The translations under genes were made by a program, and so were the position numbers. Shown piece after piece: positions 10,888-23,920 of a DNA stretch of 64,000 nucleotides. Origin of the DNA: Mayamaea pseudoterrestris (taxonomy: Eukaryota); NCBI GenBank assembly GCA_027923505.1, contig BROI01000003.1:682001-746000 (forward strand), written 5' to 3'. Each line of letters begins with the position of its first letter. Within the stretch, counting starts at the first letter, position 1. Under the pieces are notes generated by a model, which was not told the origin of the DNA, did no database searches, and saw only the letters and a program-made list of their open reading frames with translations.

Positions 10888-11718
10888 TTACAAATCGCGT
10901 CTGCCCGAACCCGACCGTTCCGCCATGCTGAACATTAAAAAGTGAGCAAGCTGTCCATGTTCCGTCTCCTCCACATTTGACGCTTGAATCTGGAGCGGCG
11001 CTCCACCCGTTTGCGTAATTTCGCAGGCATCATACTTGGATAACTGTGCTTGACCATTGTTGATGGTCAAGCCACCTTCAATGCACAAAAGGTAGGCTTG
11101 ACGTCCTTCTGGAATGTCAATGGAAACCGATTGTCCAAGCTCCAACTCTGCAGCATGCGCATTTACATCCTGGTGAATTTTGACCGGAGTCTTGGAGTCA
11201 GCGTCGTCAGTGCTAGACACCAAGTGCTTGACAACATTGGGTTCCATCTTCCCACTACATGAACCATAGTTGGGAGTCAATCCTGCCTTGGTAGGAACAA
11301 TCCACGTTTGTATGAATCGCAATGGCTTGGTTGGCGACGCATTCTGCTCGGAATGCGAAACACCTTGACCCGCCGTCATGAACTGCATGGATCCGCGTCC
11401 GAGCGACTCGTTGGAGCCCATGCTGTCGGCGTGTGTCAACTCGCCATGCACAATGTATGTGATGATTTCCATGTTGCGATGCGGATGAGTGCCAAAGCCA
11501 CGAGCTGGCTGAACGAGATCGTCATTCATGACGCGCAAGACGCCAAAGTCGCTATTGGCTCGATTGTTGTACTCCGCAAAGCTAAAGTGAAAGCGAGACT
11601 GGAGCCAATTCTTGTTCGTCCAGTGCGGATTGTTTTCTTCGTTTGGTCCATTACCAAACCACATTGGGTTTGGCTCCGAGACGTGGAGTTTGTTGTTGGG
11701 AACGATACGAATGTTCAT
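10888..11718 (-). CDS. Pirin family (YhhW-like) cupin; true start may be further upstream
   Basis: HFSFAEY, FGVLRVMNDD, GFGTHPH, HADSMG, QFMTAG.GV.HSE and FIQTWI. Confidence 0.92.
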   Translation of the reverse strand: MNIRIVPNNKLHVSEPNPMWFGNGPNEENNPHWTNKNWLQSRFHFSFAEYNNRANSDFGVLRVMNDDLVQPARGFGTHPHRNMEIITYIVHGELTHADSMGSNESLGRGSMQFMTAGQGVSHSEQNASPTKPLRFIQTWIVPTKAGLTPNYGSCSGKMEPNVVKHLVSSTDDADSKTPVKIHQDVNAHAAELELGQSVSIDIPEGRQAYLLCIEGGLTINNGQAQLSKYDACEITQTGGAPLQIQASNVEETEHGQLAHFLMFSMAERSGSGRRDL

Positions 11719-12133
11719 GCTGGCAGCGCAAGTTGTTGTCGAGGTAGAAAAGGCTCTGATGGACGATGTCGATGAGAGGAAGGCTGTGGTCAAGGCGATG
11801 ACGCCTCGGCGTGATGTTGTCGATAGAATGTTTGTTAGTTACTTGTAGCCGCAGAGATTCTGATGATCACTGTAGCAGACGCAATGGAGACTTGACTTTA
11901 GTTTTTATGACGACAACGATGGTGCTCCCATCATACATGGACTGGTGCGAGCATGATGATGTTTCATCGAAGCATTTTCAGAAATCCTTCGAGGAACTTC
12001 CAGAGCCGTTGCGACACATGCTATTTGTCGCAAGGGTAATGACGCCTCACGTTTCGCCGTGATGAGCACCGCATAAAGTCGGCAACACACAACATCAAGA
12101 CCAGAATACTGCAATATATACTATACTAGCAAT

Positions 12134-15100
12134 ATGAAGGGACGGTTTGACTCTCTTGATACGACTGCCATGGTGGCGTGGATGCAGCGATCTCTCATTG
12201 GTCGTCGCATTGTCAATATTTACGACGGCGACTCGGGCGACGCTTACATTTTCAAATTGGACGGCGACGGCGGAAGCAAAACATTCTTTCTCATTGAATC
12301 GGGCATTCGCTTTCACTCTTTGAATCACTTTGATGCTGGATCGACCATGCCAAGTCCCTTTTGTGCCAAGTTGCGAAAGCATTTGCGGAGTTTGAGACTG
12401 GAGGATGTGCAGCAACTTGGTTATGGTGATCGAGTCGTCTTGTTCCAGTTTGGCGTCGGGCCTTCCAAGCACACGCTCATTCTTGAATTATATGCCAAGG
12501 GAAACATTATTTTGACGAACGGCGAATATAGCATTTTGAGTTTGCTGCGGAGTCATGTCTATCGAAATGAGGAACAAGAGCAAAACAAGGAAGGTGCGAG
12601 CAACAGGAAGGATGGCGCTGTCGCGGTGCAAGTTGGCCACGTCTATCCAGTCTCTTATGCTACAACAAAACTGGAAGGCAATCTTCAAATATTGGAGCAG
12701 CAAGAGCTGCAAAAAGTAATGGAATTTCTCGCCCAGGAACACGACGCTGCTGCGAGTAATCCTTCCGCCACTGGCAAAAAGAAGAAACAGAAAGCAGTCA
12801 CGCTCAAGTCGCTTCTTCTACAGCAATCAACATTGGGAGTGAGTCACTACGGACCTGCATTGATTGAGCATTGCATCTTATTTGCAGAGTTGGATCCGAA
12901 CGCTCCGTTGCCATTGCATACAAGTGGCGACAATCTGCAGTGGGTCGGCCCCCTTCGCGATGCCCTTGCGACGGAAGGACCGGCCGTCATGCAGGCACTC
13001 GAGCGAGCAGCAACGGTTGAGACGCCTGGCTACATTTTGTACAAGGCAAAAGAATTTGTAGAGAGTTCCAAGGATGATCTGGTTGCAGTATCTGACTCGC
13101 CGCACACTGACAAGCTACTTGAGGAATTTGTTCCGCACCTGCTCAAGCAGCATGAAGATCGACCGCACTTGGTCTTTGATAATTTTAGTTTGGCCGTCGC
13201 AGACTTTTTTGCTCACATTGTCACGCAGAGGCGAGTGTTAAAGTCGCAAGCAGCCGAAGTGGCGGCGGGTCAAAAGCTTGACAAGGTTCGTCGGGATCAG
13301 CAGGAAAGGTTGGAGGCGCTGCAACTTGAGCAGGAACTGGTCTTTCGGCATGCTAAAATCGTACATCATCAAGCTGATTTAGTTGAAAAGGCATTGACTG
13401 TCATTAATTCGGCGCTCGACAGTGGCATGGATTGGGAACAGTTGGAAAGCTTGGTTGAGCATGAGCAGTCCAACGGCAATCCAATTGCGCTGCTGATACA
13501 GAAGCTCCTATTGCAGTCCGACGAAATCGTTCTCGAGCTTCCTTCTGACAATCTAGACCCAGTCCATTCGCCTAAAGTTTCAGTGACGATTAGCCTCAAA
13601 CTTTCGGCGCATGCAAATGCGAATGCGCTGTTTGACAAGTATCGCGCTTCAAAGGAAAAGGCAGAAAAGACTGTTGAAGCTTCGGTCAAAGCTTTGGCTG
13701 CAGCCGAGGAATCCGCTAAACGACAGTTGCTGGAGGCGCAGAAACGAACCAAACATACGTCTGCCACCACTAAACGGAAACCATTATGGTTCGAAAAGTT
13801 CCATTATTTTGTCACGTCCGAAAATTACTTGGTGGTTGGTGGTCGCGACGCTCATCAGAACGAGCAACTGGTGAAACGATACCTTCGTCCCGGGGATGCA
13901 TACCTGCACGCTGATGTTTTTGGAGCGGCATCGTGTATATTACGAGCCAAGCGCACTCGACGGTCCAATGGTAAAACGGAACCAATTCCCTTGTCGGATC
14001 AAGCTCTTCGTGAAGCAGGAAACTTTACAATATGCAGATCATCGGCATGGATCAGTCGTATGGTCACTTCTGCATGGTGGGTCGAAGCTCACCAAGTATC
14101 CAAAACGGCCCCAACTGGCGAATACCTTACCGTTGGTTCGTTTATGATTCGAGGGAAGAAGAACTTTTTGCCACCGACTCCGTTGGAAATGGGCCTTGCT
14201 GTTCTTTTCCGGGTGAGCGACGACGATGTTGATGGCTTGGCCCGCCACAAAAATGAGCGCCGCGATTTTGCATTGATGGCCATGGATGAGGATGACGATT
14301 CTAAATCTATGGGCGAGATCGCAACCGAGGCATCGAGCAAAAAGTCTTCCGGTAGTCATGAAAGCAATCGTTTCGGCGGAATTTCGGAGGCCGAAGAAAT
14401 GAGAGAAACAGAGGAGAGCGTTGAATACGCAAAAACGACGATGAGTAATGATGTGGATGCAACTAATTCTACTGGAAGCCACCACTGCGCTGTACCTGCA
14501 GCTGAGATGTCGAGTGGGAGCGACGAAGACGAAAGCTCCGAGAAGCAGATCAAATCAATCGGTATGGTCAATGAAGCACCGTCGAAGAAGGGTCTGAGTG
14601 TTCGTGACAGGAAGCTCATTCGCAAGTACGGCTCGCTAGCAAAGGCTGCGGAAGCATTAGAAGTTCAGCCTGGCATAGCTGAGGCACCTCTGTCTGCTGC
14701 AGTTTCTCAAGAAACGGAGCTGCCAAGGCCTGTTGATCAACCTTTATCACGTGGAAAGAAGGCGAAGCTGAAGCGAGCGATGAAGAAATACGCGGACCAA
14801 GACGAAGAGGATAAGGAACTGGCAATGCTGGCTCTTCAAGGGGGCGAGAAGAAAACTAAGAAAAGCAGCAGTTCCAATAAGACGACTGCTTTGTCTGAAA
14901 CCCAACTCAAAGCGGCAAAGGACACTGTTGTTTTATTACAGAAAGACTCATCTAAAACTGCATCGCATCTTGCGGGGGATGATGTTCGTTCTATACTAGC
15001 AGAATGTGTAACGAGCAAGAGTGCTTCCAACGAAGATACAGTAGTACGCTGGGACAAGTTTGATGCGCGAACTCTTGAGACTTTGGCAAGCCTTGAACAC

Positions 15101-15736
15101 GACGCGCAGCTTGCCGTTGTTACTAGATTACGAAACCTTATGAAGACGACACGCATCGACAATTTTAGCGCGTCCTTAGGCGGCATTCTTCGGAGGGTGC
15201 AGAAACACGGGCATGAGAATTTGAATGAGGAGTTAACAAACGATGTAGGCGACAAAGCAAAGCGAATGACGAAAGACGAGAAAAGCAAGGAGAATGCACG
15301 GTGGAAGCAGGCTTTGGCCGACGAAGGTGTAGCTAATGGCGTTGTTGGCGCGGATGACGACGACTTGGACGGAGATGCTGTAGACGATACTGTCGAATTG
15401 AGCAAATTAACAGGAAAGCCCCAACCAGAAGACTTGTTGCTATACGCTATACCGGTCTGCGGCCCTTATCAGACGCTTTCGCAATACTCCTACAAGGTCA
15501 AGTTGACACCTGGAAGCATGAAACGCGGCAAGGCCGCTAAACAGTGCATCGAAATGTTTTTAAAACAAGACGGAGCAAGAGCACTACTTGGTTCTGACCA
15601 GTATCTTAGCTTGATCAAAAAGGTTGGCGATAACGATTGGCTTCAGAATATATGCGCGGACGTGAAGATTTCAGCGCCCGGCGCCAGCAAATTATTCAAG
15701 CAACAAAAATCGAAAGCTAAGAAAAAGAATAAGTAG
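12134..15736 (+). CDS. NEMF: NEMF/Rqc2 ribosome quality control factor (NFACT domains)
   Basis: MKGRFDSLD, WFEKFHYFVTSENYLVVGGRDAHQNE, SKTAPTGEYLTVGSFMIRGKKNFLPP and YKVKLTPG..KRGKA. Confidence 0.95.
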   Translation: MKGRFDSLDTTAMVAWMQRSLIGRRIVNIYDGDSGDAYIFKLDGDGGSKTFFLIESGIRFHSLNHFDAGSTMPSPFCAKLRKHLRSLRLEDVQQLGYGDRVVLFQFGVGPSKHTLILELYAKGNIILTNGEYSILSLLRSHVYRNEEQEQNKEGASNRKDGAVAVQVGHVYPVSYATTKLEGNLQILEQQELQKVMEFLAQEHDAAASNPSATGKKKKQKAVTLKSLLLQQSTLGVSHYGPALIEHCILFAELDPNAPLPLHTSGDNLQWVGPLRDALATEGPAVMQALERAATVETPGYILYKAKEFVESSKDDLVAVSDSPHTDKLLEEFVPHLLKQHEDRPHLVFDNFSLAVADFFAHIVTQRRVLKSQAAEVAAGQKLDKVRRDQQERLEALQLEQELVFRHAKIVHHQADLVEKALTVINSALDSGMDWEQLESLVEHEQSNGNPIALLIQKLLLQSDEIVLELPSDNLDPVHSPKVSVTISLKLSAHANANALFDKYRASKEKAEKTVEASVKALAAAEESAKRQLLEAQKRTKHTSATTKRKPLWFEKFHYFVTSENYLVVGGRDAHQNEQLVKRYLRPGDAYLHADVFGAASCILRAKRTRRSNGKTEPIPLSDQALREAGNFTICRSSAWISRMVTSAWWVEAHQVSKTAPTGEYLTVGSFMIRGKKNFLPPTPLEMGLAVLFRVSDDDVDGLARHKNERRDFALMAMDEDDDSKSMGEIATEASSKKSSGSHESNRFGGISEAEEMRETEESVEYAKTTMSNDVDATNSTGSHHCAVPAAEMSSGSDEDESSEKQIKSIGMVNEAPSKKGLSVRDRKLIRKYGSLAKAAEALEVQPGIAEAPLSAAVSQETELPRPVDQPLSRGKKAKLKRAMKKYADQDEEDKELAMLALQGGEKKTKKSSSSNKTTALSETQLKAAKDTVVLLQKDSSKTASHLAGDDVRSILAECVTSKSASNEDTVVRWDKFDARTLETLASLEHDAQLAVVTRLRNLMKTTRIDNFSASLGGILRRVQKHGHENLNEELTNDVGDKAKRMTKDEKSKENARWKQALADEGVANGVVGADDDDLDGDAVDDTVELSKLTGKPQPEDLLLYAIPVCGPYQTLSQYSYKVKLTPGSMKRGKAAKQCIEMFLKQDGARALLGSDQYLSLIKKVGDNDWLQNICADVKISAPGASKLFKQQKSKAKKKNK

Positions 15737-15768
15737 CTTATAGACGCGCATTATCATTCAACTATTGC

Positions 15769-17124
15769 TCATGGCGGGCAGCAGCTACAACACATGATGC
15801 TATCTGCTTCGTCATCAATTTTGTTCATCATGGTAACTGGTCCCTGAATCGTCACTTCAATCCCCTCTTCAACAAACTCATCGACCGTCTCAGTACACGA
15901 CTCACTCATCATACTTCCATTGACAATGATTGGGTGTGACAGTAGCGACCCCTTTCCCCTCAACTGCGCAGCGTCTTGACCTTGAAACATTTCTCGGTCA
16001 AGCACTCTGTTTCGTTCCATCTCTAAAATGCGCCCGGTCAGCGTCTCAATTTGAGCTACCAAGTCGGAGCTTTCTCCAGCCTTCTCCTTGGCATTCTGAG
16101 ATTCTAATGCCTCCAATGTTAATCGCATCAGCTCATTTTCCTTGTCCATGAACCCAAGAATGGTACGTATTTCTCGCATTTCTACTTCATTTTCAATAAT
16201 CTGCGAGGCAAAAAGTTCATTTTCAGCCCGGAGCTGCTCCAGCTCGCTATGCGTGACATCTGATGTCGTTGAAGAGCTGCTCGCCCGAGCTTCCTCAAGT
16301 GCTTGTTCCAGTGCTTTGATAGCCTCCTTGTGCGTCGACTCGCGTTCCTTGAGCAACTCTCTTTCTCGACTGACCGTCTCCAATTCACCTTGTATTCGCT
16401 TCATTTCGACCATGATACGAATCGTGTTTTCCCGCAAAATAGCAATTTCGGATTGAAGCTTCATAGCACTCATAGACTCAACATTAATGACTCCATTCTC
16501 GGGGCGGGCATGGTTTTGTGGAGTCTGCAATTCATTCGGTATTGCATGTTCCGAGGAAAGATTGCCTGCGACGCAAGTGCTTTCGTCCGTCGCCGAAAGA
16601 GGCGTTTCAGCCGCTGATCGAAAAATTAATGGCCATTCACGACGGGCATCGTCAAACAAATTAAAGAGATCAGTGAGCTGATTGGGCGTGAGTGTGAGAC
16701 CTCCGTGACAGGATGACTCTGGCGGCACTTCTGTCGGTTGCGGTGTGCATTTCGCGCGCACTGGGAATCCCTCGGCATCGGTTGTTTCTTCCGGCGGTAA
16801 TCTTGGACGCAAATGCTGGTAGCGTGGAGTTGACATGACTGGTTGTTTTAGAGATGAAGGACGTTTGTATTGGTTGCTGCCTGTCAGTGATGGAGATTTC
16901 TTGATGATCCTCGGAGCGTACAAACGACTTGTGGACAAGTCGACTCGCAGTCGCTGGGGTTGTTCCTTCTCGGGCGTCGGAAAGAGCTTTCGAGAGAGTG
17001 GCGGTGAATCCAACGATACATCAATCACGCTTTCTTCAGACTCTTCAGATCCATGACTCAAATCGCCGCTTGTCTCCTCCATGAGCGGTTCAGATTCCGG
17101 CGAAGGTATCGTTAGTTCCTTCAT
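15769..17124 (-). CDS. Hypothetical coiled-coil protein with Cys-rich C-terminus
   Basis: Long ORF with a Glu-rich heptad region, ending MCCSCCPP. First ATG at 17124. Confidence 0.7.
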   Translation of the reverse strand: MKELTIPSPESEPLMEETSGDLSHGSEESEESVIDVSLDSPPLSRKLFPTPEKEQPQRLRVDLSTSRLYAPRIIKKSPSLTGSNQYKRPSSLKQPVMSTPRYQHLRPRLPPEETTDAEGFPVRAKCTPQPTEVPPESSCHGGLTLTPNQLTDLFNLFDDARREWPLIFRSAAETPLSATDESTCVAGNLSSEHAIPNELQTPQNHARPENGVINVESMSAMKLQSEIAILRENTIRIMVEMKRIQGELETVSRERELLKERESTHKEAIKALEQALEEARASSSSTTSDVTHSELEQLRAENELFASQIIENEVEMREIRTILGFMDKENELMRLTLEALESQNAKEKAGESSDLVAQIETLTGRILEMERNRVLDREMFQGQDAAQLRGKGSLLSHPIIVNGSMMSESCTETVDEFVEEGIEVTIQGPVTMMNKIDDEADSIMCCSCCPP

Positions 17125-17646
17125 GGCATGCAGTCCAAAGTGCCCACGCTGCAGCAAATTCTATCCTGCATCTCCACTTGACAAGCAGGCATTTTTGACA
17201 CCATTTGCCTGTTGTGATGGGAGTCGTCGGTTAATAGGAAAAGCACATGAATGCTGGAGAATGGAGAATGGAGGTGCGTGTGAAGCATTTCCGTGGTACC
17301 GTACACCTTGGTCCGAATTCGGCATGCACAATCAAGACAATCAAATAATTGAATAACTTGAAATTTGTTGTTAGCACGCATCCGCTCCTCACATCAGTTG
17401 ATGCGAGGCTGTGCAAGCTGTAGCTTGGTGCTGGCTCATGAAGTCGACGACGGAATCGTTTCTTGCGATTATCGCCAACAAGACTGATTGACTCGTGACT
17501 CGCATTGTTGAAGTTCAAGATCTGCAAGTTTCGCGCCAAAGTTGAAGGTTCACCCAGATCTTTCGAAAAAGCAGCGGCTGCGAAAACCATCGGCAAGCTA
17601 GCCATCACTCCATCGGCAACTGTTTGAAGAAGCTCTATATTCCAAG

Positions 17647-19399
17647 ATGAAGTTCAGCCTCCTCGCCCTCGCCTCTGTGACTGCCTCGGCTTCGGCCTTT
17701 GCGCCTTCCGCCTTCACAGGCAAGACCGTCAAGAGCGGAGCCTACTCGGCTTCGTCGCTCTGCATGAAGTACAAGGTTGCCGTCGTTGGAGGTGGACCTT
17801 CCGGAGCTTGCGCCGCCGAGATCTTTGCTCAGGAAAAAGGAATCGATACGGTTCTCTTCGAGCGCAAGCTTGACAACGCCAAGCCATGCGGAGGAGCTAT
17901 CCCTCTTTGCATGGTGGGAGAGTTCAACATCCCTGAGACTGTCGTCGACCGTAAGGTATGTGCCGTGACTCCTGATGGGTGGCCCGAAGGGCCTTGCATG
18001 TTTTGTCTCCGCTGATGATACGCTGGATAAGCGAAAAGTCTCACGGCTCCTACTTGGTCGTGAGAAGAGTTTGTACTATGGCAGTCAAGCTATTTCGTTT
18101 TTCTTGCTCATAATGCATGATCCGAATCCTTTTCTGACTCAATCATTCTTTGTCTCATTTCCTAATTATTTCAGGTCCGTAAGATGAACCTTGTCTCGCC
18201 CACTGGCGTCGAAGTCAGCATTGGTAGCACATTGAAGCCTGATGAGTATATTGGCATGTGCCGTCGCGAAATCCTTGACGGATACCTCCGCGACCGCGCC
18301 ATTGAGTACGGCGCACAAATTGTCAACGGTCTGGTCACCAGCATTGACATTCCCGCCGACCACAAGGTTTCGGAGAACCAATACACGATCCACTACCAAG
18401 AATACCAAGAGGGATCCAGTGCCGGTGTCCCCAAGGACATGAAGGTGGACCTAATCGTGGGAGCTGATGGCGCTAACTCGCGAGTTGCCAAGGCCATGGA
18501 TGCTGGCCTCTACAATTTCGCCATTGCCTTCCAAGAGCGAATCAAGATTCCGGATGACAAGATGAAGTTTTACGAAGAAATGGCTGAAATGTACGTTGGT
18601 GACGACGTTTCCCCTGATTTCTACGGATGGGTCTTTCCCAAGTACGACCATGTTGGTGTTGGAACTGGAACCGTCGTGAACCGACCGGCCATTAAGCAAT
18701 ACCAAAAAGCCATCCGTGACCGCGCTGGAGACAAGATTGCCGGAGGAAAGATTATCAAGGTCGAGGCTCACCCCATTCCGGAGCACTACCGTCCTCGCCG
18801 TGTCCAAGGACGCATTGCCCTCGGTAAGTTACGTGGTAGCTGGGGATTTTCATAACAAGTGTGATCCATGGAGTTTGATTTTTCGTGCGCGGGTTGCTAT
18901 TTTTTCCATCAATTTTATGAAAGGACAGCACTAATCTTACGTTTTCTTCTCATTATCAGTTGGAGACGCTGCCGGTTACGTTACCAAGTGCTCTGGCGAA
19001 GGCATTTACTTTGCCGCCAAGTCTGGACGCATGGCTGCCGAAGAAATTGTCAGACTTATGGAAGGAGGCAAGCGCCTGCCTACTCAGGCTGAAATTGAAA
19101 AGACCTACATCAAGAAGTACGACAAGGCGTACGGACCGACCTACATTGTTCTTGACCTTCTCCAAAAGGTCTTTTACTCAAACAACGGTGCCCGCGAGGC
19201 TTTCGTTGAACTGTGCAACTCCAAGTACGTTCAGCAAGTCACCTTCGACTCTTACCTCTACAAGACAGTGCAGGGAAACAACCCACTTGACGACTTGAAG
19301 CTTCTTGGCGAGACTTTTGGAGCTTTGATCAAGGGTTACTCGATTGCCCAACCAGATGCCGAATATTCCAACCCGGTTGAAAGCCAAAAGCGAATCTAA
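17647..19399 (+). CDS. chlP: Geranylgeranyl reductase; introns 17956-18174 and 18824-18959
   Basis: ASAFAP presequence, VVGGGPSG, AKPCGGAIP and spliced RIALVGDAAGYVTKCSGEGIYFA. Both introns are GT-AG. Confidence 0.97.
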
Positions 19400-19834
19400 G
19401 CGACGGAAAAGTAGTGTGTCGTGCCTGAACTGCGTTAGGTGGTTAACAAGCGACAATATAAAAGCAAGCGATTTTATGGCTGCCCCTTACAGTTAAGCGG
19501 CAACTGCTTGCTGTACAATAGAACGATCCATTTTGTTTTACCTTTTAATTGTTTCGTGTAATTCTACATGGCGAGCAACGCTTCGCAATTTATTGCGGTT
19601 GCGCTGGGTGCCCATGTTCAAATTTTTTGGAGACTCAAGCAGTTCATCGTTGTTCATTGTAAGTATGGGATCTCAATCGATAACGTACCGGTATAGTACT
19701 TTCACATGGATTCTGCTGCAGCATTTAGCGAGTGTCGTAACAGCACTGATTGCGACATCGACGACCGACGCGACGAGCTTCTCCATTCCATCACTCGATG
19801 GCATGCCGCAAAAGCTACAGCTCTTTATGAATAA

Positions 19835-22800
19835 ATGAAAATGAAAGAACCAACACTAGATCCTTATTATCTAAGACTGGAAAGGTTTGAGCTATTCAGC
19901 ACTAATCAATGCTATTATCTGGTCGCTTGCGACAAGCACAACAGCACATACCGAGTCCTCAAAATTGATCGCACGCTGATCGAACGTCCTCCTGATCATC
20001 GACATCAAGCAAGCAGCAATCCACAGAATGTATCCCCAATACAGCAGCATTATGGAGGTGGATCGTCGCAATTCAGTGCTTCCGATTCAATCACTTCACA
20101 GATGAGCGGCAGCTTCATGGACGTGAATGCATTGCCGTCATCCTCCGATCAGTCGCAGCACACTCCAAAGCCCACGCTTCGTCCTTTGAAAGATTTTTTG
20201 ACCGAAGATCCAAATGTTTATACGCAAGAAGAGATTAAGGATATGCTTGACATGATACACGACGGAAATCGCATGGCTGCCCAGCAATCCACAGCGTCGC
20301 CTCGCCATGCCAAGGACAAGACAAACTCGCAAAGCAGCAACAGCGCATCGGGTGCAGGAGGTCTCAAACCAATGGTCAAGGCCTATGGCATTGTCGGCTT
20401 TATTCGCTTTTTGGACTGTTACTACTTGACTCTTGTAACAAAGCGATCCAAAGTCGGAAGTCTCGGTGGGGGACACTGCATTTACACCATTAAGAATACG
20501 GAAACCATTGCGTTGAAACCGGCGCATGGAAAGTATCAGCAACAGCAGCAACAAGCTCAATACGCACAGCAACAACAAGTCGTACATGCATCATCATTGT
20601 GGGGGACGCCTGGAAGTGGCAGTCAGACTGCAACCGGTGGAGCAACTGGTGTGAACCAAGCTCCATTTTCAGACGAAGCTGCTGCAGCGCTGGCGGCGGC
20701 TGATCCATCCAGTGTCTTGCTTTCCATGTGGAATCGCGGCAAGCGCAGTGTTGGGCTTGGTCTCTCCAACCGCGAAATCGCGGAGCTGCGTTATCAGGGA
20801 TTGTACCAAGTTGTCGACTTGCAAAAGAATTTTTACTTTTCGTATAGCTACGACTTGACCCGAACTTTGCAGGAAAACTTTTTAGCCGCAACGACGCAGC
20901 CATTTCCGCCGCCGCCATGCAAGGAAATGTACTCGTGGAATCATTTCTTGACACAAGAGTTTGAAGCCTGCCTAGATCCACTGACGAGCTTTTACTGGAT
21001 CATGCCAATCATTCATGGAAGCTTCATACAGAACAAGGTGCTCGACTATGGCAAATCGCTCAATCTTGTTCTCATGGCTCGTCGATCGCGACACTTTGCT
21101 GGGACGCGGTATTTGAAGCGTGGCGTCAGTGAGGAAGGCAAAGTGGCCAATGATGTGGAGCACGAACAAATTATTCAAGACGAGACCATATCAAGTGCTA
21201 CTGGGGTATTTTCGTCGTATATACAGATGCGCGGTTCCATTCCAACCTTTTGGACGCAGGAAAGCAGTGTTACCATGCCCAAGCCACCAATCGAGATCAA
21301 TCGAGTTGACCCTTCGTACTCTGCAACACAAACGCATTTTGAAGACTTGCTGAAACGATACTCTTATCCAGTGATCGTTCTGGATCTCGTCAAGCAGAGT
21401 GAGAAAAGGGAGCGAGAGGTTCGCGTCGGGAACGAGTTTCGACATGCTATCGATTACATCAATCAGACGATGGACGACGAGCATAAGATTCGCTACTGTG
21501 CTCTTGACTATAGTGTACGTTGTAACTTGCCGACATTTGTCGTTGAAGCACGTTGTCTCGTTTAGTGAGCTCAAATTTGTATCTACGCCCTTCTCCTTTC
21601 ACTGCAGCACATCAGCAAACATAGAAATTTGGATGTCCTTGAATCTTTGGACGACGTTTCTACGTGGGCCGTGAATATGACGGGCTTCTTCTGTTCGGCG
21701 CCGAAATGGAAAATCTTACCTGAAGGTATTGTTAAACCCTTTACCGAGAACGATGCGGTCGGAGCGCGTCAACTTTCGGATCAGCTCGGTATTCCTATAT
21801 TTCCATTGGAGCAATCTGGAATTTTGAGGACGAACTGCATTGACTGCCTTGATAGAACTAATGTCGCTCAGGCCAAAGCTGGCGTCGATGCCATAGGCCA
21901 CCAGCTTGTAGTAATGGGCATTCGGTCGCAACCAAAGCTTGATCCGAACTCCAATATTGTTAACGTTCTCATGAATATGTATATCGTGGTCGGTGACTCT
22001 ATTGCGCTGCAATACGGGGGAAGTGAAGCACACAAGAAGGTGACTGCGGGTAAAGGCGAAACAGCAATGAATATATCTGGTCCAATTGGCAAGCACAAGG
22101 AGCTGCTTACATCTATTCGCAGATACTATAGCAACGCCTTTACTGATCGACTGAAGCAAGATGCCATGAATCTTTTTCTCGGTTACTACATTCCACACCA
22201 TCACACCATCCCTTTGTGGGAGATGGAAACAGACTTTTATCTTCACAACTTTCATGTGAGTGCCGACAGAGGTACGATGTATTCAATGAAGACTTACCAG
22301 CGGAGCTTCGGGGTGGATTGGAAACCAACTCGCTTGTCAAATGTTGCAAAGATGGTATCGTCAAGCGACAAGGTGGCTGCTCACCAGCAAACGCAAAACA
22401 ATCAGCAGACTGAGCGTGAAAGTATTGTCAAAGTGCGGAGTCGCTGCCAGCTACAAAAGACGACTTTATCTGGTTGGTGGAGGGCTGCACTACAGTATCA
22501 CATGCAAGAAAGGCTCTGGTTTCATCTTGGCCAAAGTCAGATTGATGCCATTGTTCCATCGAGATTCGATATACTCTACCAGCCGGAGAAGCTCAGCCAG
22601 TTCGACCGCCTTTTCTTACGCGACTGGGCAAAACCAGTGCGTCGAAGTCGCTCGGGTCAAATGACTGATGGGCCTGAGATTGATAGCGAGCCTGGAGGCC
22701 GTATGCGCCTACCACAGGAAAACGCGAGGTTTCGCAACGATGGGGACAGCATTGTTCATTCCTACCGAGATGACCAGCCCATTGACGCGTACATTGAAGC

Positions 22801-23794
22801 AAATGGCTTCGAGCCTCAGTTTAAAACGTCGCTTGATTCTTTCCTTCATCACGCAAAAACTAAATCACATAGCTCGAGAAATGCAAGCTATCAGGCGTTA
22901 GATCAACAAATTGATGCAGTTCGTGAAGAATATCTTGAGTATGTGAAAAATCCGAACCCAATCTGTACGCCTTTCCAGAAAGACAAAGTTGCGGAGTTCC
23001 GGTCGTGCCTCCACGACAATGCACTTCCACCTGACGATGTGACTGGTCTTAGAGTACTTTCCGAGTCAGCGCATCTAGGTAACGTTATACACTCCGGTCC
23101 TTATAGTGGTCTTCCGAAAGAAACGTCGGCCATACAAGTCGCCACAGCAATTCATGAACAGTTTAATGCCTTCTCAAACTCAAGTCGCAGGGATGAGAAG
23201 TCACTAGGCTATGGATCACATCGAAGCGGACATTACCTGGCCGAGATGGAGCTGGATCGACAAGGACTAGGGACTGATGGTGTCATAAGTGCTGTGCGAG
23301 CAGGGTGGAACCACTTTGGAACAGCCAATATGCAATATACTGAAATTGTTGAAGGGGAGGTTGGCCAGTGTCGCAGGAGCGATTTGACTGTAGCTGATGC
23401 GCTGCGTTTATATGTGTCCTCCGTTGACACATCTACTACTTTATCTGCCGCGGATTTGAATTTCGTTAGTGGCTGTAATGTGAATCCATCAGTTCGGCGA
23501 CCCAAGGATCGAGCAGACACTGTTCCGCGCACAGATACGTTACTCCAGAAAGCCGAGTGTGTAGGCCTTTCTGTCATTCCACATTCTGAGATGGTGGGAT
23601 GCAATGTCGAGCCCCTGTTTCGGTTTGGACGAATGCGAAATGTACCAGCTGGTTATGAACAAATAAACGAGGATATGTTTGCTAAAAAAGACAACAAGTT
23701 CATGGTACTTAACGGAGCAGGTATTGATTCTTGGAAGGACTCGCAACCGGTTACAAAAATAACCTGTTGCCATGATGATGTGTCTGATCAATGA
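19835..23794 (+). CDS. FIG4: Sac-domain phosphoinositide phosphatase, FIG4-like; intron 21515-21607
   Basis: FYFSYSYDLT, RRSRHFAGTRYLKRG, VANDVE, RGSIP.FW.Q, catalytic RTNCIDCLDRTN and ALQYGGS. Confidence 0.92.
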
Positions 23795-23920
23795 TGTTGT
23801 TACACATTAGTGTTTCAAGTAATTGTCCTATGATTCAAATTTCTCTTTGAACACTGACGCTACGTTCAGCGCATGAGGCAAATTACTATTAACAAGAATT
23901 TAAAATATTAACGTGACGTT

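Noticed and set aside
18012..18137. Intronic C/D snoRNA in chlP intron 1 (CTGATGA ... CTGA)
   Set aside because: There is no terminal stem and box C is imperfect. The CTGAC is better explained as the branch point.
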